From assembly GCF_001457615.1 (NCBI RefSeq), contig NZ_LN831024.1:2130001-2162000 (forward strand): DNA of 32,000 bases, in the 5' to 3' direction. Shown here piece by piece: positions 30,109 to 32,000 of the stretch. The notes beneath the pieces are model-generated. The model ran no database searches and was not told the origin of the DNA. It saw only the letters and a program-made list of their open reading frames with translations. Every line of letters begins with the position of its first letter. The first letter of the stretch is position 1. The stretch is from Pseudomonas aeruginosa (GTDB lineage: Bacteria; Pseudomonadota; Gammaproteobacteria; Pseudomonadales; Pseudomonadaceae). Both the position numbers and the translations under genes were made by a program.

Positions 30109-30923
30109 TGCTGGACTGGGTCGACGGCCGGCCCGCCGCCGAGCTGTCCGTGCGCGATCGCGGACTGGCCTATGGCGACGGGCTGTTCGAGACCCTGGCG
30201 GTGCGCGCCGGCACGCCGCGTCTCCTGGAGCGCCACCTGGCGCGCCTGGAAGAGGGGTGTCGGCGCCTGGCGATCCCTCTCGACGCCGCGGCGTTGCGCC
30301 AGGAGTTGCTGGCGTTCTGCGCGGCGCTGGGCGACGGTGTCGCCAAGCTGATCGTCACCCGCGGCGAGGGTTTGCGTGGCTACGCGCCGCCTGCCGAGGC
30401 CTCGCCGCGGCGAATCCTCTCCGGATCGCCGCGTCCGGCCTATCCCGAGCGCCACTGGCAGCAAGGTGTGCGCCTGTTCGCCTGCCGCACGCGCCTGGCC
30501 GAGCAGCCCCTGCTGGCCGGCCTCAAGCACCTCAATCGCCTGGAGCAGGTCCTCGCCCGTGCCGAGTGGAGCGACGCCGGGCATGCCGAAGGGCTCATGC
30601 TGGACGTGCACGAGCGGGTAGTGGAGGGCGTGTTCAGCAACCTGCTGCTGGTTCTCGACGGCACCCTCGTGGCGCCTGACCTGCGGCGCTGCGGCGTCGC
30701 GGGAGTGATGCGCGCGGAATTGCTCGAGCGCGCCGAAGGAATCGGCGTCCCGCTGGCGATACGGGATGTTTCCATGGCTGAACTGGCGACGGCCGACGAG
30801 GTCTTTCTGTGCAACAGCCAGTTCGGCATCTGGCCGGTCCGGGCATTGGACGAGCACGTCTGGCCGGTCGGCGAGCTGACCCGTAAACTGCAAGACCAAC
30901 TTCGCGACGACCTGGATTTCTGA
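30108..30923 (+). CDS. pabC: Aminodeoxychorismate lyase
   Basis: 271 aa from ATG 30108 overlapping the fabF TGA; [32 protein letters not shown]..., GVAGVMRAELLERA, class IV PLP fold. Confidence 0.94.
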   Translation: MLDWVDGRPAAELSVRDRGLAYGDGLFETLAVRAGTPRLLERHLARLEEGCRRLAIPLDAAALRQELLAFCAALGDGVAKLIVTRGEGLRGYAPPAEASPRRILSGSPRPAYPERHWQQGVRLFACRTRLAEQPLLAGLKHLNRLEQVLARAEWSDAGHAEGLMLDVHERVVEGVFSNLLLVLDGTLVAPDLRRCGVAGVMRAELLERAEGIGVPLAIRDVSMAELATADEVFLCNSQFGIWPVRALDEHVWPVGELTRKLQDQLRDDLDF

Positions 30924-30928
30924 CTTTG

Positions 30929-31978
30929 ATGCGCAAACTGCTGGTGCTGCTGGAGAGTGGCCTGTTGTTCGTTGGCCTCTGCGTCGGCCTGGCTGCATGG
31001 CAGCAGCAGCGGGCGCTGGAGCAGCCCCTGCAATTGACCGAGGAGCGCCTGCTGGACGTTTCCTCGGGCTCCACGCCGGGCGGCATGCTCGCGCGTCTGG
31101 AGCAGGAAAAGGTGCTCCATGGCGCGTTCTGGCTGCGCCTCTACTGGCGTTTCAACCTGCCGGGCCAGGCCCTGCACAGCGGCGAATACCGCCTCTTGCC
31201 GGGGATGAAGGGCGCCGACCTGCTGGAACTCTGGCGTGAAGGCGAGGTGGTGCAGTACAGCCTGACCCTGGTCGAGGGCTGGAGTTTCCGCCAGGTGCGC
31301 GAAGCGCTCGCCAGGCAGGGCAAGCTGGAGCAGACCCTGGCCGGCCTGAGCGACGGCGAGATCATGCAACGCCTCGGCAAGCCCGACGAAGTGGCCGAAG
31401 GGCGCTTCTTCCCCGATACCTACCGCTACACCCGTGGCATGCGCGACATCGACATACTGCGCAAGGCCTACCAGCGCATGCAGACCATCCTCGCCAAGGA
31501 ATGGGATGGCCGCAGCCAGGACCTGCCTTATCGCGACGCCTACCAGGCGCTGATCATGGCCTCGCTGGTGGAAAAGGAAACCGGCGTGCCGGAAGAGCGT
31601 TCGCAGATCGCCGGCGTCTTCGTCCGCCGCCTGCAGCGCGGCATGCTGTTGCAGACCGATCCGACGGTGATCTATGGCATGGGCGAGCGCTACAACGGCA
31701 AGATCACCCGCGCCGACCTGCGCGAACCGACCCCTTACAATACCTATGTGGTGCCGGGTATGCCGCCGACTCCGATCGCCCTGGCCGGGCGCGAGGCGAT
31801 TCGCGCCGCGCTGCATCCGGCCGAGGGCGAGACCCTGTATTTCGTGGCGCGCGGCGATGGCAGCCACGTGTTCTCCAGCAGCCTGGACGAACACAACAAG
31901 GCGGTCCGCGAGTACCAGTTGAAGCGTCGCTCGGACTATCGCTCCAGCCCCGCGCCCATCACCCCGCCGCCACAATGA
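30929..31978 (+). CDS. mltG: Endolytic transglycosylase MltG (YceG family)
   Basis: 349 aa from ATG 30929; N-terminal TM, LIMASLVEKETGVPEERSQIAGVFVRRLQRGMLLQTDPTVIYGMG, YNTYVVPGMPPTPIALAGREAIRAALHP. Confidence 0.95.
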   Translation: MRKLLVLLESGLLFVGLCVGLAAWQQQRALEQPLQLTEERLLDVSSGSTPGGMLARLEQEKVLHGAFWLRLYWRFNLPGQALHSGEYRLLPGMKGADLLELWREGEVVQYSLTLVEGWSFRQVREALARQGKLEQTLAGLSDGEIMQRLGKPDEVAEGRFFPDTYRYTRGMRDIDILRKAYQRMQTILAKEWDGRSQDLPYRDAYQALIMASLVEKETGVPEERSQIAGVFVRRLQRGMLLQTDPTVIYGMGERYNGKITRADLREPTPYNTYVVPGMPPTPIALAGREAIRAALHPAEGETLYFVARGDGSHVFSSSLDEHNKAVREYQLKRRSDYRSSPAPITPPPQ

Positions 31979-31990
31979 GCGGCGCAGCCA

Positions 31991-32000
31991 AGATAAGGAG
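31991..32000 (+). promoter_or_regulatory. Probable Shine-Dalgarno of the next gene (expected tmk)
   Basis: Window ends in AGATAAGGAG; in pseudomonads mltG is followed by tmk. No tmk coding sequence is present in the window. Confidence 0.45.

Noticed and set aside
25693-30998. Several 260-430 aa minus-strand ORFs opposite plsX, fabD, fabG, fabF and pabC
   Set aside because: All lie opposite unmistakable housekeeping genes, with no recognisable domains; explained by GC3 bias.
1-32000. Search for mobile elements, integrases, toxin-antitoxin, restriction, retron or other defence genes, tRNA/rRNA
   Set aside because: None seen by eye; gene content, tight overlaps and terminators are all consistent with conserved core chromosome. 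A formal HMM/Infernal scan was not possible.

Overview
This window is ordinary-looking core chromosome with high GC content. Gene order and protein sequences match Pseudomonas aeruginosa (from memory, roughly the PAO1 PA2996-PA2963 neighbourhood; not verified here). Left to right: end of the Na+-translocating NADH:quinone reductase operon (nqrD partial, nqrE, nqrF, apbE-like, nqrM); soluble transhydrogenase sth; a minus-strand cluster (glycerophosphodiester phosphodiesterase, a small exported protein, a PilZ-domain gene that looks frameshifted); lolC-lolD-lolE; a DUF2062 protein; comEC/rec2; an ExbB/ExbD-like pair, lpxK, a Trm112-family protein, kdsB, a low-MW phosphatase, murB; rne on the minus strand, divergent from rluC; HAD hydrolase, SppA/SohB-like peptidase; maf on the minus strand; yceD-rpmF-plsX-fabD-fabG-acpP-fabF-pabC-mltG. 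The last bases resemble the ribosome-binding site of tmk. I found no mobile element, CRISPR array, phage, tRNA/rRNA, defence or biosynthetic system, and no convincing new multi-gene system. Best leads: (1) a split PilZ (c-di-GMP receptor) gene with an indel beside a C4 run; (2) a compact rne/rluC divergent promoter region with a predicted ~510-nt rne leader; (3) predicted leaderless transcripts for yceD (perfect TTGACA-N16-TATAAT ending 9 nt before the ATG) and rluC; (4) twin hairpin terminators with the same core sequence between murB and rne; (5) an RE/P-rich repeat array in the RNase E C-terminal region.
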